Assembly: GCA_964499455.1 (NCBI GenBank)
Contig: CAZCLC010000001.1
Span: 1-59,440, forward strand
Direction of reading: 5' to 3'
Source of the DNA: an uncultured Candidatus Saccharibacteria bacterium
GTDB taxonomy: Bacteria; Patescibacteriota; Minisyncoccia; Phycocordibacterales; Phycocordibacteraceae
DNA length: 59,440 nt
Below, piece after piece: positions 47,430 to 57,724 of the stretch. Numbering within the stretch: position 1 is the stretch's first letter; each line of letters begins with the position of its first letter. Below the pieces are notes generated by a model. The model saw only the letters and a program-made list of their open reading frames with translations, was not told where the DNA came from and searched no databases. The position numbers and the translations under genes were made by a program.

Positions 47430-48802
47430 TTAAGTGGTTTCATCTTTTTATTTATTGCCACTTTTACAAGTGCTGACTTAATACGTTTAAGCGCCTCTTG
47501 TTTTCCAATAATAGAAATAATAGTAAATGGATCAGGAGAACGAGATATACCTGAAAGTGCATATCTCAGTGGCCAAAGAACAGCAGCCCTCCCTTCCCTA
47601 TCCGCATATTCCATAAGTACATCGCGTATTGTTTTTGGAGATTGTATTTCCGAAAAAGTTTCAATTTGCTTTAATAATTCAGTAAGATATATACGTGTAC
47701 CATAACCACTAATCTCTTCTTTATTAGTTTCTTTTTCTGTGAGTATTTTTGGATTAGTGGTAATTATATCGTTATTAAATAAAAATGAAAATTCACCTTT
47801 AATCAATTTTGCTGCATCCGAAAATGTATGAGCACGTTCTTGTAATAATGGTACTGCGCGTGTTAAACGATCTATATTTAGATTTGGCGTTATGAGTTTA
47901 CCACGGGAAATATATTCCTTATCGTTTAATTGACGCATCCAGTATTGATTTATTGAGAATAATTTAGTTTCATCAAATTGTGCTCCAGATTTTTGTACAC
48001 GCTCAAGTGAAAATAATTCAATCAATTCACTTTGTGTGAAAATTTCTTTATCGTTTCCAGGATTCCAGCCAAGTAAGGTAATATAATTAAACATTGCTTC
48101 TGGAAGGATTCCAATATCACGATATTCTGTAAGTGCTTTCGCTCCTTTACGCTTAGAAAGTTTACTTCGGTCTGGTGCTAAAATAAGTGGTAAATGTGCA
48201 TATTTGGGTGTTGGAAAATTAAGTGCGCGTTGTATTAGTATTTGTCTTGGAGTGTTTGAAATATGGTCTTCGCCACGGATAATATGAGTAATACCAGCAT
48301 CTGCATCATCTACTACTACTGCAAAATGAAAAAGCGGTTCATCTATACTTTTAGCAATAACGAAATTACCCAAGTCGGTAACATCAACAGAAATTTTTCC
48401 ACGAACAATATCTGTGAAAGAAACAATTCCACCAGGATTACGAAAACGAACAACCTCACTTCTTGTGTCTTTTGCTGTTATTGTCTCTGAAGATATATAC
48501 GCATGACCTGCTTCAATAAGTTTTTTGAGCAAATCGTAATGTCTTTGTTTATTATCGCTTTGTTTAGTATATTTATCCCACGATATACCAAGCCAAGAAA
48601 GTGAATCAAGAATTGCATCCATATATTCTTTTTTTGAACGTATACGATCTGTATCTTCAATACGTAAAATAAATGACCCTTTATTGTGTTTAGCGAACAA
48701 ATATGAAAAAATTGCTGTTCTATAATTTCCACTATGTAACAATCCAGTTGGACTTGGTGCAAACCGTGTACGAACAGTGCAGTTAGATAAGTTATTATTC
48801 AT
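47426..48802 (-). CDS. gltX: Glutamyl-tRNA synthetase
   Basis: Start moved to ATG 48802 (MNNNLSNCTVRTRFAPSPTGLLHSGNYRTA). Also has KLSKRKG (KMSKS). The stop overlaps the M23 start (ATGA). Confidence 0.93.
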   Translation of the reverse strand: MNNNLSNCTVRTRFAPSPTGLLHSGNYRTAIFSYLFAKHNKGSFILRIEDTDRIRSKKEYMDAILDSLSWLGISWDKYTKQSDNKQRHYDLLKKLIEAGHAYISSETITAKDTRSEVVRFRNPGGIVSFTDIVRGKISVDVTDLGNFVIAKSIDEPLFHFAVVVDDADAGITHIIRGEDHISNTPRQILIQRALNFPTPKYAHLPLILAPDRSKLSKRKGAKALTEYRDIGILPEAMFNYITLLGWNPGNDKEIFTQSELIELFSLERVQKSGAQFDETKLFSINQYWMRQLNDKEYISRGKLITPNLNIDRLTRAVPLLQERAHTFSDAAKLIKGEFSFLFNNDIITTNPKILTEKETNKEEISGYGTRIYLTELLKQIETFSEIQSPKTIRDVLMEYADREGRAAVLWPLRYALSGISRSPDPFTIISIIGKQEALKRIKSALVKVAINKKMKPLK

Positions 48803-49931
48803 GAGTAAGAGCAATATTAAGTGCTTCTTGAGCGATTGTTTTTGCCGCGTCTGGTTTGGCAAATGATGCGCCTGCATCTCCCATACGCCGTGCTTTTAAT
48901 GGATCATTTATAATACGTTGTATTTCTGAGATAAGTATGTGTGGTGTTAAATTTTCTTCGTCAATAACTATTGCTGCACCTGTTTGCGAAAACGCGTACG
49001 CGTTTTCGCGCTGGTCGTGACTAATTGTTTCTGGAATAGGTATAAGGATCGCGGGCAACTTCCATGTTGCGATTTCAGCAATACTACCAGCACCAGCACG
49101 AGAAACAATAAGACATGCTATATTAGCAATCTGCCGAAGTTTTGATGCTGATAAATAAGCAAATGATTGATAGCGTGATGAATTTGGACTATCCTCAAGA
49201 GCTAAAGAAGCGATTGATTTTACTCCTTCAAAGTTTCGTTTGCCGGTCTGGTGTATTATATTTGTTATTTTAACAAGATCAGGTAATGCAGCTAATAAAG
49301 TCTCATTAATACGTTTTGAACCTTGTGAACCGCCAATAATAAGTATTACAGGAGCAGTAGTATCAATACCGAGAAACATAGCACTATTTTTTGATGTAGG
49401 TATTCGTAATTCCTTACGTACCGGTATACCTGTTTGTGCAATACGTTTCTGTACTTTTTTAGAAAAATATTTAATTGAACTTTCAAAAGATACAGCAATA
49501 CGTATTGCAAATCGTGACGCAAGTAAATTTGCCAGTCCTGGTTTTGCATCAGATTCATGAATCATAATTGGTATAGCAAGTATTCGTGCAGCAAGTACCG
49601 TCGGGACACTTGCGTATCCTCCTTTTGAAATAACAACATCAGGATACAGTACAATTAATTGAAAAAAAGATTTAATAAAACCAATTATTGTAAAAAACAT
49701 ATCTGTAACATTTCTAAAAGAAAAATACCGACGTATCTTCCCTGCTGGACTTTTCAGAAAAGTGATTTCGTTTTCAAAAAGAGCTTGTGAATCAAATGGA
49801 GTCGGAGCTATATAATATAGTTTTGGTACAACTAAATATTCTTTTCGCGCCAAGTCATGTATTGCTTCTGCAATAGCAATAATAGGGTAAAAATGACCGC
49901 CTGTTATACCTCCAGTAAACACAATTTTCAT
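48795..49931 (-). CDS. murG: Lipid II synthase MurG
   Basis: MKIVFTGGITGGHFYPIIAIAE... and C-terminal GT28 motifs (SRAGAGSIAEI, AILIP). Confidence 0.93.
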   Translation of the reverse strand: MKIVFTGGITGGHFYPIIAIAEAIHDLARKEYLVVPKLYYIAPTPFDSQALFENEITFLKSPAGKIRRYFSFRNVTDMFFTIIGFIKSFFQLIVLYPDVVISKGGYASVPTVLAARILAIPIMIHESDAKPGLANLLASRFAIRIAVSFESSIKYFSKKVQKRIAQTGIPVRKELRIPTSKNSAMFLGIDTTAPVILIIGGSQGSKRINETLLAALPDLVKITNIIHQTGKRNFEGVKSIASLALEDSPNSSRYQSFAYLSASKLRQIANIACLIVSRAGAGSIAEIATWKLPAILIPIPETISHDQRENAYAFSQTGAAIVIDEENLTPHILISEIQRIINDPLKARRMGDAGASFAKPDAAKTIAQEALNIALTHE

Positions 49932-49962
49932 AGTTAGTATTTAGTATACAATAAATATATCA

Positions 49963-51111
49963 TTATCGCTTTACACTGAAACGTAAGGCGATAGGATGTT
50001 TTTGCTTGCCAGACGCGACATTAAGTATAAACCCAGCTTCTGCAAACACAACAAGCAGCGCTGTACCACCATGACTAATAAACGGAAGTGGGAGTCCTGT
50101 GAGAGGAATAACACTAAGCATAGCTCCAATATTGATAAATGCTTGGGAAACAATAAGAACAGAAAAGCCAATTGTGGCATAAGAACCAAATCTATCACGC
50201 GTATGTCCTGCAATAGCGATACCGCGTGCAGCAAGAAAGAAAAATAAAAAAATTAATATAATAGATCCAATAAAACCAAATTCTTCCGCATATACGGAAA
50301 AAATAGAATCACCACTTGGATCTGGTAAATAGCTGAATTTTTGTACACTTTCACCAAAACCACGCCCCCCTACCCTACCGTTTCCAATTGCTATTAATGA
50401 TTGCTGTATTTGATATCCGCTTCCAAGTATATTTGCCGTTGTTGGGTGAATAAATGTTGTAAAACGTTGAAGTACATACGGTCTCATTATCATTACTGCA
50501 CTTAACATAAGTAAAGCCAATAATGCAAGTATACCAATATCACGTTTTGGTGCCCCTGCAGCAAAATACATAGCAACTCCTGTTATACCAATTAGAATAG
50601 TTGTACTTGTGTTTGGTTGTAAAAGTAACAATATTGATGGTATGCCAATAATTATGAGGAATGGTAGTAATCCAAATCGGTATTCGGAAAGTCTTTTTGC
50701 ATATCGCGCAAGAAACCATGCCATACAAAATACAAACCCTATTTTTAAGAACTCTGCCGGTTGTAATGTTATAAAATGCATATTAAGCCATCTTGTAGCA
50801 CCGTTTACATGTGAACCAAATCCAGGAATAAATACTAATGCTGTAAGTATAAGTGAAGATCCAAAAAGCCATGGTGCTGCAGAACGAAACCATACAACAG
50901 AAATTGTTCTAAATAATGCAAAAGCAATTATGCCACCACCAAATCCAAATACTACTTGCGTAATAATCGCTCGTGCAATATTTATATCTGTACGCGCAAG
51001 TAGTCCTAACGTTGCTGAAGAAAAAATAGCAATTCCACCTAATGCCAGTATAAATACAATACTCAAAAATATTGTATCTCCAGAAAATATTTTTGCCAAT
51101 TTAGAATACAT
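49963..51111 (-). CDS. ftsW: SEDS protein FtsW (dcw context)
   Basis: 10-TM FtsW/RodA family (RWLN..F.LQPAEF.K, ...PDP.GDSIFSV..EE.GF.G..., ...LP.TG.PLPF.S.GGT). Lies between mraY and murG. Confidence 0.88.
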   Translation of the reverse strand: MYSKLAKIFSGDTIFLSIVFILALGGIAIFSSATLGLLARTDINIARAIITQVVFGFGGGIIAFALFRTISVVWFRSAAPWLFGSSLILTALVFIPGFGSHVNGATRWLNMHFITLQPAEFLKIGFVFCMAWFLARYAKRLSEYRFGLLPFLIIIGIPSILLLLQPNTSTTILIGITGVAMYFAAGAPKRDIGILALLALLMLSAVMIMRPYVLQRFTTFIHPTTANILGSGYQIQQSLIAIGNGRVGGRGFGESVQKFSYLPDPSGDSIFSVYAEEFGFIGSIILIFLFFFLAARGIAIAGHTRDRFGSYATIGFSVLIVSQAFINIGAMLSVIPLTGLPLPFISHGGTALLVVFAEAGFILNVASGKQKHPIALRFSVKR

Positions 51112-51135
51112 AGTAAATATTAGATAATATTTAAA

Positions 51136-52203
51136 CTATCTTCCGGCACCAACAAGCGCGAGCGAAAGACCCAACACACCCATAATAATGGTAATAATCC
51201 AATATCGCATTGTTACTTTTGCCGGTGGCCAACCAATTGCTTCAAAATGATGATGAATTGGTGCGACAAGAAATATCTTTTTTCCGCGTATCTTTTTTGA
51301 ACATACTTGTAATACGGTTGTTGCAACTGTACCAACTAGAGGAAAAGCAATTATTGGAAGCATAGAAACACCAATGCCACCTCCAAGTGAGTCAGCAGAA
51401 AAAGCTGTAATAGATAAAGCGAGAGTTAGTGCCATACTTCCTGTTTCTGACATATAAAAACGTGCTGGAGGAACATTAAACCAAAGAAAAGCAAAAGTTG
51501 CTCCAGCAATCGTTGCTGTAAATGCAGCAAGTGAAAATTGTCCTTGTATAAAAGCTATAGCTGTATACGTCATGAAAATAATTGAAAATACACCACCAGA
51601 TAAACCGTCAATTCCATCAATAGTACCGCCTGCATATAATAAAAGAGTTACCAATATAAACACTGGAATAAATCCCCATGATAAATGCAATTGCCCACCA
51701 AACGGTATACCTATACTTGAAATATCAAGTTTTGTATAAAACCACCATCCTGCAAATAATCCCATTATACTAACAAGCAAAAGTCTTGTACGTAATTTAA
51801 GTCCACCGTGTCCACGCTGTATCTCTAATAAATCGTCAATTAGACCAATAAATGCACCTACTAATAATGCCGTAAGAGGAAGCCATGTTTGATTGCGATT
51901 AATGAAATCAAGTTGTGAAAATACACCACCAAATAAATGATCAAGTATAAAAAACGCTGCTACAGTTAAAAGTGCTGCCATCCAAATGAGAATACCTCCC
52001 ATACGTGGTGTTGAGATTTCTCTTTCTTTATGTAATTTGTTGAAAATAGGTGTTCCTCCTCCACCAATTCCATTTTCTTTTCCACTTATTTTCTTCCATG
52101 CATGGAATTTATAAAGATAATGTGCAAGTATTGGTGCAAATAGAATTCCCAGTATAAATGCTGTAGTTGAAGGTATAAGTACTCTAGCGGCAGTTCCGAT
52201 CAT
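51136..52203 (-). CDS. mraY: Phospho-MurNAc-pentapeptide translocase MraY
   Basis: Polytopic, with TPRMGG, GLIDD, NGIDGLSGG-like (IDGIDGLSGG), FLWFN..PA..FM.. and APIHHHFE. Confidence 0.95.
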   Translation of the reverse strand: MIGTAARVLIPSTTAFILGILFAPILAHYLYKFHAWKKISGKENGIGGGGTPIFNKLHKEREISTPRMGGILIWMAALLTVAAFFILDHLFGGVFSQLDFINRNQTWLPLTALLVGAFIGLIDDLLEIQRGHGGLKLRTRLLLVSIMGLFAGWWFYTKLDISSIGIPFGGQLHLSWGFIPVFILVTLLLYAGGTIDGIDGLSGGVFSIIFMTYTAIAFIQGQFSLAAFTATIAGATFAFLWFNVPPARFYMSETGSMALTLALSITAFSADSLGGGIGVSMLPIIAFPLVGTVATTVLQVCSKKIRGKKIFLVAPIHHHFEAIGWPPAKVTMRYWIITIIMGVLGLSLALVGAGR

Positions 52204-52212
52204 ACATATTCA

Positions 52213-53166
52213 TTATACACGAAGAGGTATACCTGCAAGATATGCGCGTGTTGCATCAATAAGCTTCTGTACATCTTGGAATCTACCTTTTTCTGTAGAA
52301 CCAAGCACTACTACTGCAATTGGATGTTCAAATGATGCGTCAAATACAACAACAAGATTGCCACCAGCAAGAGTCGTATAACCTGTTTTAGAAAGAAGTA
52401 TCCCAGCTATTTTTGTTACGTCGGGATTTGTATTACGTTTAGTATGTGATATTCCATCTAATGAAACAGCAGTTACAATTGGTTTTGTGGTTGCTGAAAC
52501 AATACTCGGTGCTTCAATTATTAACTTACCCGCAAGTAATGCAACATCATAAGGACTACCATAGCCACCAGAAACAGATGCATTTGAATCAAGCCCACTC
52601 CCATTTAATGTATACATTTGTACAAGACCTGCTGCATCGGCAACTGAACTTAATAGATTTGGTACATTTTTTTTAACATATAATGCTGTCGTACGTGCAA
52701 TTGCCGCAGCACCATCGTTTACTGATGCGGTAAGGGTTAAACGTGCCAATGTTCCGAGTTTAAATATTTCGCCAGGATCAAAACCACTATCACCATATAC
52801 TAATACATCAGCACGAGTAATAGGAATATCAGCACCAATTCCAAGATATTTTACAGCACTATATATAGTTAGGAGTTTAGTAACAGATGCAAGCGGTAGT
52901 TGTGCTTCTGCGTTTTTAGCAAACAATATCTTATGAGTAGCGAGATCATACACTATCGCTGCTTTCCCGCGAATTGAAATACCAGAAAATGCATTTTGTA
53001 TTTTGGTACTGTTTGTTTTTCTTGCAATATTTTTCATTAATATTGAATTCTGATAAGAAAATACCATTATCACAACAGTAATAATAAACAAAGATATTAA
53101 TATACCAATAACGACAAGTCTTAATCGCATATCCTTTGGTAATATAGTAGTTCTGTTTTCATCCAT
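52213..53166 (-). CDS. D-alanyl-D-alanine carboxypeptidase (S11, low-MW PBP)
   Basis: TM anchor, SxxK (ASVTKLLT) and KTG (SKTGYT). Its stop lies 9 nt upstream of the mraY start. Confidence 0.85.
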   Translation of the reverse strand: MDENRTTILPKDMRLRLVVIGILISLFIITVVIMVFSYQNSILMKNIARKTNSTKIQNAFSGISIRGKAAIVYDLATHKILFAKNAEAQLPLASVTKLLTIYSAVKYLGIGADIPITRADVLVYGDSGFDPGEIFKLGTLARLTLTASVNDGAAAIARTTALYVKKNVPNLLSSVADAAGLVQMYTLNGSGLDSNASVSGGYGSPYDVALLAGKLIIEAPSIVSATTKPIVTAVSLDGISHTKRNTNPDVTKIAGILLSKTGYTTLAGGNLVVVFDASFEHPIAVVVLGSTEKGRFQDVQKLIDATRAYLAGIPLRV

Positions 53167-53184
53167 ATACTCGTATATTCTGTA

Positions 53185-53736
53185 TTATTGAGATTGTATA
53201 GTGCTTACTTCTTCTTTCTCAATGTTAGATAAAATTTGTGTTAATTCTGAGTATTGTGGCAATTCTTCTATTCTTGTAATTCCAAGGAATGCAAGCGCAT
53301 CAATTGTTGGACGATAATATATTCTACGTTTATCGTTCGTATCAGTGCTTCTCTTGATAAGACCTCGTATTGTTAAAGATCGTATAGTCGCAGATGAATT
53401 TACACCTCGTATCCAATCAATATCACTACGGTATGCTCCATTACGATATAGAATAATTGCAAGTGTTTCAATGCCTGCTTTTCCAATATCATGTGAAAGC
53501 TCGTCTTTACGCATTGTAGCAATATATGGTGCGGCAGATGGCATAGCTCGCAATGTTACATCTTGCTCTGTTTCAACCAATGTGATACCACGTCCTTTAA
53601 GAGAATCTTGTAATTTTACTAATGCTTTATCAACATCATCGCGCGAAATCTCAAGAATCTTCTTTAAATATTCTTTTTTTAAAGGCTCTCCAGATATAAA
53701 TAAAACAGCTTCAATAAATGAAGAAATATCGTTCAT
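53185..53736 (-). CDS. scpB: Segregation and condensation protein B
   Basis: IEAVLFISGEPL... and two winged-helix repeats (ILYRNGAYRSDIDWIRGVNSS..IR.L..RGLI). Confidence 0.9.
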   Translation of the reverse strand: MNDISSFIEAVLFISGEPLKKEYLKKILEISRDDVDKALVKLQDSLKGRGITLVETEQDVTLRAMPSAAPYIATMRKDELSHDIGKAGIETLAIILYRNGAYRSDIDWIRGVNSSATIRSLTIRGLIKRSTDTNDKRRIYYRPTIDALAFLGITRIEELPQYSELTQILSNIEKEEVSTIQSQ

Positions 53737-53962
53737 ATTAATTGTATATTATACCATATTGATTATTGATAAGTATAATATTTAAGTTTGAATACCTTTT
53801 TATACTATATTGATGTTTTTATCATTAAATTATAAAAAATATAGCATTTATTATATTAAAAAATTTATTCATCAATTAAAAACTGCTTATTTGGATTTTC
53901 TAAAGTTTTATATATTTTCTCATATAATAATATAGAATGGGTATTTATTATTTTGCTATCTA

Positions 53963-54718
53963 TTATAGAACACCGTACTTAGGAATATCTACTTGTGTAC
54001 TGATAATGCGAATATCACCATTTGAGTTATGTTGTATTGCATTTACAGAACCTTGTTTAATAAGTTCAAGCAGTGCCAAAAATGAGATGATAACTGTGAT
54101 TTTTTGTTTATGTTTAAATCCAGAAAATTCATTAAAAGAAATATTTGATGCTTCGTGTACCCGCGTTGCTAATCGATTCACTGTTTCTGCAAGAGAAATA
54201 GTTTTTTGTAAAGTAGTTTTAGGTGTTTGTTCATTTTGTTTTTTTTGGTTTATAAGAAGTACAGAGAGTGTTTTAGAGATTATAGATAGAGTACAATCAT
54301 TTCCAGGTGAAAATATCGGCTCTAGTATAGGAGTTTCTCGCGCTAAAAGTGGTGTACGCATAAAGTTTTTATGAAGTATATATGCTGCCTCTTTAATATA
54401 TTTATACTGTTGTAATCTATATTTTAATTCTTTTACGTCATTTTCTTCCTCTTCTGAGAGTGTAAAATCTGGAATAAGTGATCTCGATTTTATTAAAAGA
54501 AGTGTAGCTGCAATACTAATAAAACTTGTAGTTTCATCTAATGGAAATGCTTTTTGCGCTCGTACATACATAACAAAATCGTCAGTGATTGATGCAAGGA
54601 AAAGTTCATTTACAAGTAATTTGTGTTTTTCAATCAGCTCAAGTACCAATTCAAACGGACCTTCGTACACTGGTGTATGAATAATAAAATTAGTTGATGC
54701 TGAATTTTCTTGGTTCAT
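53963..54718 (-). CDS. scpA: Segregation and condensation protein A
   Basis: ...YEGPFELVLELIEKHKL.V.EL.LA.ITDDF..Y and C-terminal ...II.SFLALLEL.K. Confidence 0.9.
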   Translation of the reverse strand: MNQENSASTNFIIHTPVYEGPFELVLELIEKHKLLVNELFLASITDDFVMYVRAQKAFPLDETTSFISIAATLLLIKSRSLIPDFTLSEEEENDVKELKYRLQQYKYIKEAAYILHKNFMRTPLLARETPILEPIFSPGNDCTLSIISKTLSVLLINQKKQNEQTPKTTLQKTISLAETVNRLATRVHEASNISFNEFSGFKHKQKITVIISFLALLELIKQGSVNAIQHNSNGDIRIISTQVDIPKYGVL

Positions 54719-54757
54719 AAATTAAAAACATAGAGAAAATAACTTCATATTTTTAAT

Positions 54758-55720
54758 TTATGAATACATACCAATTGTACGTTTGACATATTCCATTTTT
54801 TTATCAGTTATAGCAATTGCCTCTCGCTTCCCTTTTGCAAGCACATCATCAACAATATCAGTATCTTTTTTTAAAGTTTCATATCGTGTACGAATGGTGG
54901 CAAAATATGTATTAAGGTCTTCTAAAAGTATTTCTTTGAGTATCTTATATTTTCCTTTATTTTTTTCATAAATTAGAGAAAGTTCGTTCTCATTTCGCAC
55001 TAATTTATGAATCGCATAAACATTTTCTGGCCTATCACCAGCTGAATCTGTAACAATGCTCATAACACGTTTGGTAAGCTCGTTTTGAGAAGCAAACAGA
55101 GGAATTACATTATCATAACTTTTACTCATTTTTTTACCGTCTGTACCTGAGACCACTGCAACGTCTGGAGTAATATATGCTTCAGGTAATACAAATATAT
55201 CATCTTGAAAAATATGATTAAATTTTCGTGCTGTATCACGAGCAATTTCAATATGCTGTTTCTGGTCTTGTCCAACTGGCACGATAGTCGTATCGTAAAG
55301 TAAAATATCTGCTGCCATTAACATCGGATAGTTAAAGACACCAACAGAGATTTCTTTGTTTTTTTCTTGTGCATCTTTAAATGCGTGCGCACGCATTAGG
55401 TACGGTATAGTTGTAATAGTATCGAAAATCCATGCAAGTTCAGTATGTGCTGGTACATCTGATTGTTTAAAAATAACTACTTCTTCTGGATCAAGTCCGA
55501 TTGCAAGATAGCTTATAACAAGTTCACGTGTACGTACACGCATTTCTTCAGCGTCTTGTACAGTATTAAGTGCGTGATAATCTGCAACCATAATAAAGCA
55601 ACGATACTTTCCACTTTTAAAAAGTTCCATTTGTTGACGCATTGCACCAAAATAATTTCCAATGTGTAACTCACCGGTCGGTTTTATACCGGAAAAGAGT
55701 ATTGATTTTGAATCAGTCAT
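54758..55720 (-). CDS. trpS: Tryptophanyl-tRNA synthetase
   Basis: SGIKPTGELHIGNYFGA (HIGH), VPVGQDQKQH and KMSKS. Confidence 0.95.
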   Translation of the reverse strand: MTDSKSILFSGIKPTGELHIGNYFGAMRQQMELFKSGKYRCFIMVADYHALNTVQDAEEMRVRTRELVISYLAIGLDPEEVVIFKQSDVPAHTELAWIFDTITTIPYLMRAHAFKDAQEKNKEISVGVFNYPMLMAADILLYDTTIVPVGQDQKQHIEIARDTARKFNHIFQDDIFVLPEAYITPDVAVVSGTDGKKMSKSYDNVIPLFASQNELTKRVMSIVTDSAGDRPENVYAIHKLVRNENELSLIYEKNKGKYKILKEILLEDLNTYFATIRTRYETLKKDTDIVDDVLAKGKREAIAITDKKMEYVKRTIGMYS

Positions 55721-55859
55721 AAATATTACAATACCATATTATTATGTACTACTCATCAATATAATTCAAAACTTAATATGCACGCATTTAAATAATTTAC
55801 TGTTGATGCCTATATCATATATTATGTTTATTACATGTGTGCGCAAGCGTTGCTTCATA

Positions 55860-56125
55860 ATGTTTAGTATATGCGATGTTTTGCGGAACGGAGTGGAGCA
55901 AAATATGGGAGAGCGAAGTGCAACGAGTGAACCGCATATACTGTGTTAGGCGAGCCGAACGGAGCGATAGCGGAGTGAGAGTGCAACGTGCCTTTAGTGT
56001 ACATTTTTTTATCTTTTTCTTCCATAATTGTTTCCCGCGTAGCTTTTATATTAAATGCAAAACAAAATTTTTCTGTTTTGGGCGAAGGGCAGAGGGGATT
56101 AAGGGGTGAATGCCCGTAGCCCAAA
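55860..56125. repeat. GC-rich repeat, copy D: decayed CTAAA/TTTAG hairpin unit plus the left arm of the cassette-bracketing inverted repeat (56001-56104)
   Basis: GGAGCGATAGCGGAGTGAG at 55961-55979 recurs at 57770-57784 and 58085-58103. 56001-56104 aligns by eye to the reverse complement of 57792-57888. Confidence 0.7.
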
Positions 56126-56130
56126 ACTCA

Positions 56131-56805
56131 TTATTCTTCCCAGTCTCTTTTTGTTATTTGATCTTTTGCGCCGTCAGGCAACTCCTCATAAAATCCTTCA
56201 ATTTCTTTTGGCTCCGAAATCATTTTTTCTGCAATAAAGTTTATTAATTCGAAAAGTTTCAAAACTAATTCCGGTTTTTCCTCAATATTAATTTCACCCG
56301 GATGTACAGCATTATTTCCAGTGATGCGTAGAATATCTAAAGATTTTTGAATTTGAGAATTTAATCCTTGTTTAACAAGGTTTCCAATATCCATATTTAT
56401 ATTTTCTCCTTTTTCTCCGAGCTGCTTACAAAGTTTTTGTAATGCAAGTCTTAGTAGGGCTGCTGATGATCTTACGGAATCGTTAAAAATAATTGCGGCT
56501 TCCAAATAATCTTTTTTAATATCTTCAGATAAATCATCATTTGGCAAATCAACAATCATTTTCTTTGGATAAACAATTTCACCATTTAACCAAATTATTT
56601 TCTGACCACAATGTTCGCACTTAGAAATAGTCCAATCTTTACTTAGTGTTTCGTTGAAATCAGATGTTCCTGTTATTGAATTAGATCCACTCCAGGCATG
56701 TTGCGCAATAATATGTGCCCAAAATTGTTTTGCATAAACGCCACAATGCGGACAATGAAATTGTCCTGTTGCATGTTCTGGTGGATAGTACTTTTCTTTT
56801 TTCAT
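56131..56805 (-). CDS. Zn-ribbon + DUF4145 protein (second gene of the Mrr cassette)
   Basis: The N-terminus has four Cys (CPHC ... CEHC). The C-terminal helical domain carries the DUF4145 pattern (SSAALLRLALQKLCKQLG...LDILRITGNNAVHPG). Confidence 0.8.
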   Translation of the reverse strand: MKKEKYYPPEHATGQFHCPHCGVYAKQFWAHIIAQHAWSGSNSITGTSDFNETLSKDWTISKCEHCGQKIIWLNGEIVYPKKMIVDLPNDDLSEDIKKDYLEAAIIFNDSVRSSAALLRLALQKLCKQLGEKGENINMDIGNLVKQGLNSQIQKSLDILRITGNNAVHPGEINIEEKPELVLKLFELINFIAEKMISEPKEIEGFYEELPDGAKDQITKRDWEE

Positions 56806-56817
56806 AATTGTAATAAA

Positions 56818-57708
56818 TTAGTTTTCTTCAAAAAAATCTTCATCAACTTCTTTTACTTCATATATATTGCGGACTTGCACACCAACACCATATTGATACA
56901 TTAAATCTACAAGTTTGTTACCATCAATAAGAATTATCGTATGATGTGCTTCATATGCCTTTTTAATAGCTGAATCATCAAAGTTTGAAGTAGTAACAAA
57001 AACTCCTTTGTTTGTATCTCCACTCATTGCCCCAATAAAATTACGAATTTCTTTTTCGCGAACTTTATTTTCGTTATAACGTTTTGCTTGAATATAAATT
57101 TTTTCAAGTCCAAGCTGATCTTCATTTATAACTCCATCAATACCACCATCACCTGATTTTGAAGTTTCAATAAAATCACCATATCCCATTTTTTTGAGTA
57201 AGATTAAAATGACTTTTTCAAAATAGTACGGATCAATATTTCTCAATTTTTCTAAAAGGTCACTTTTAACTTGAGAATCAATCGCTGAAAAACCAGAATC
57301 AATCAAATCTTGTGGAGATGCATTTTCAACATTAATTTCATCATTTTTAGATTCCTTTTCTGCCTTTTTAGCTTCACGATGAGCCAAAAAAACAGAATCA
57401 TTCTTTAACTCTTGTAATGTCAATGTTCCTTTTTGCAAAGCAGTCTTGCCTTTTTCTGTAATTTGTACCATTCCTCTTTCTGGGTAATCTAAAAATTTTC
57501 CTTGCTTCAAATAAGATTTACCCCACCCTATACGATCAAGTAATACATTGGCACCGGTGGTTGTTTTTTTATTTAATAGTTCTTCAGGTAAATCTGAATA
57601 GTATTTATTACGTACGCGCTTACGTAATTCATTGTAATGTAGTATTTCTCCATTACTTAATACTTCTAGAATTGGTATAAATGTTTCGTGATATTTAGGT
57701 AATTCCAT
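56818..57708 (-). CDS. mrr: Mrr-type restriction endonuclease (Mrr_N winged helix + Mrr_cat PD-(D/E)xK)
   Basis: N-terminus MELPKYHETFIPILEVLSNGE..HYNELRKRV (Mrr_N). C-terminus FEKVILILLKKMGYG...SGDGGIDGVI...IYIQAKRY...I.NF.GAM......GVFVTTS.F (Mrr catalytic core). Confidence 0.88.
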   Translation of the reverse strand: MELPKYHETFIPILEVLSNGEILHYNELRKRVRNKYYSDLPEELLNKKTTTGANVLLDRIGWGKSYLKQGKFLDYPERGMVQITEKGKTALQKGTLTLQELKNDSVFLAHREAKKAEKESKNDEINVENASPQDLIDSGFSAIDSQVKSDLLEKLRNIDPYYFEKVILILLKKMGYGDFIETSKSGDGGIDGVINEDQLGLEKIYIQAKRYNENKVREKEIRNFIGAMSGDTNKGVFVTTSNFDDSAIKKAYEAHHTIILIDGNKLVDLMYQYGVGVQVRNIYEVKEVDEDFFEEN

Positions 57709-57724
57709 AGTTGTATTAATTATT

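Noticed and set aside
52204-52212. A simple inversion with a breakpoint exactly between dac and mraY, which would restore murF-mraY adjacency.
   Set aside because: Only 9 nt separate the dac stop and the mraY start, which looks like an intact operon junction. The repeat-bounded breakpoints at 30842-31020 and 55860-56125 are more plausible.
55864-56124. Track ORFs 55864-56124 (-) and 55876-56109 (+), plus 57720-58046 (-) and 59056-59331 (+).
   Set aside because: All lie wholly inside repeat copies D, E and B. They are mutually overlapping, have no RBS, and are repeat-derived.
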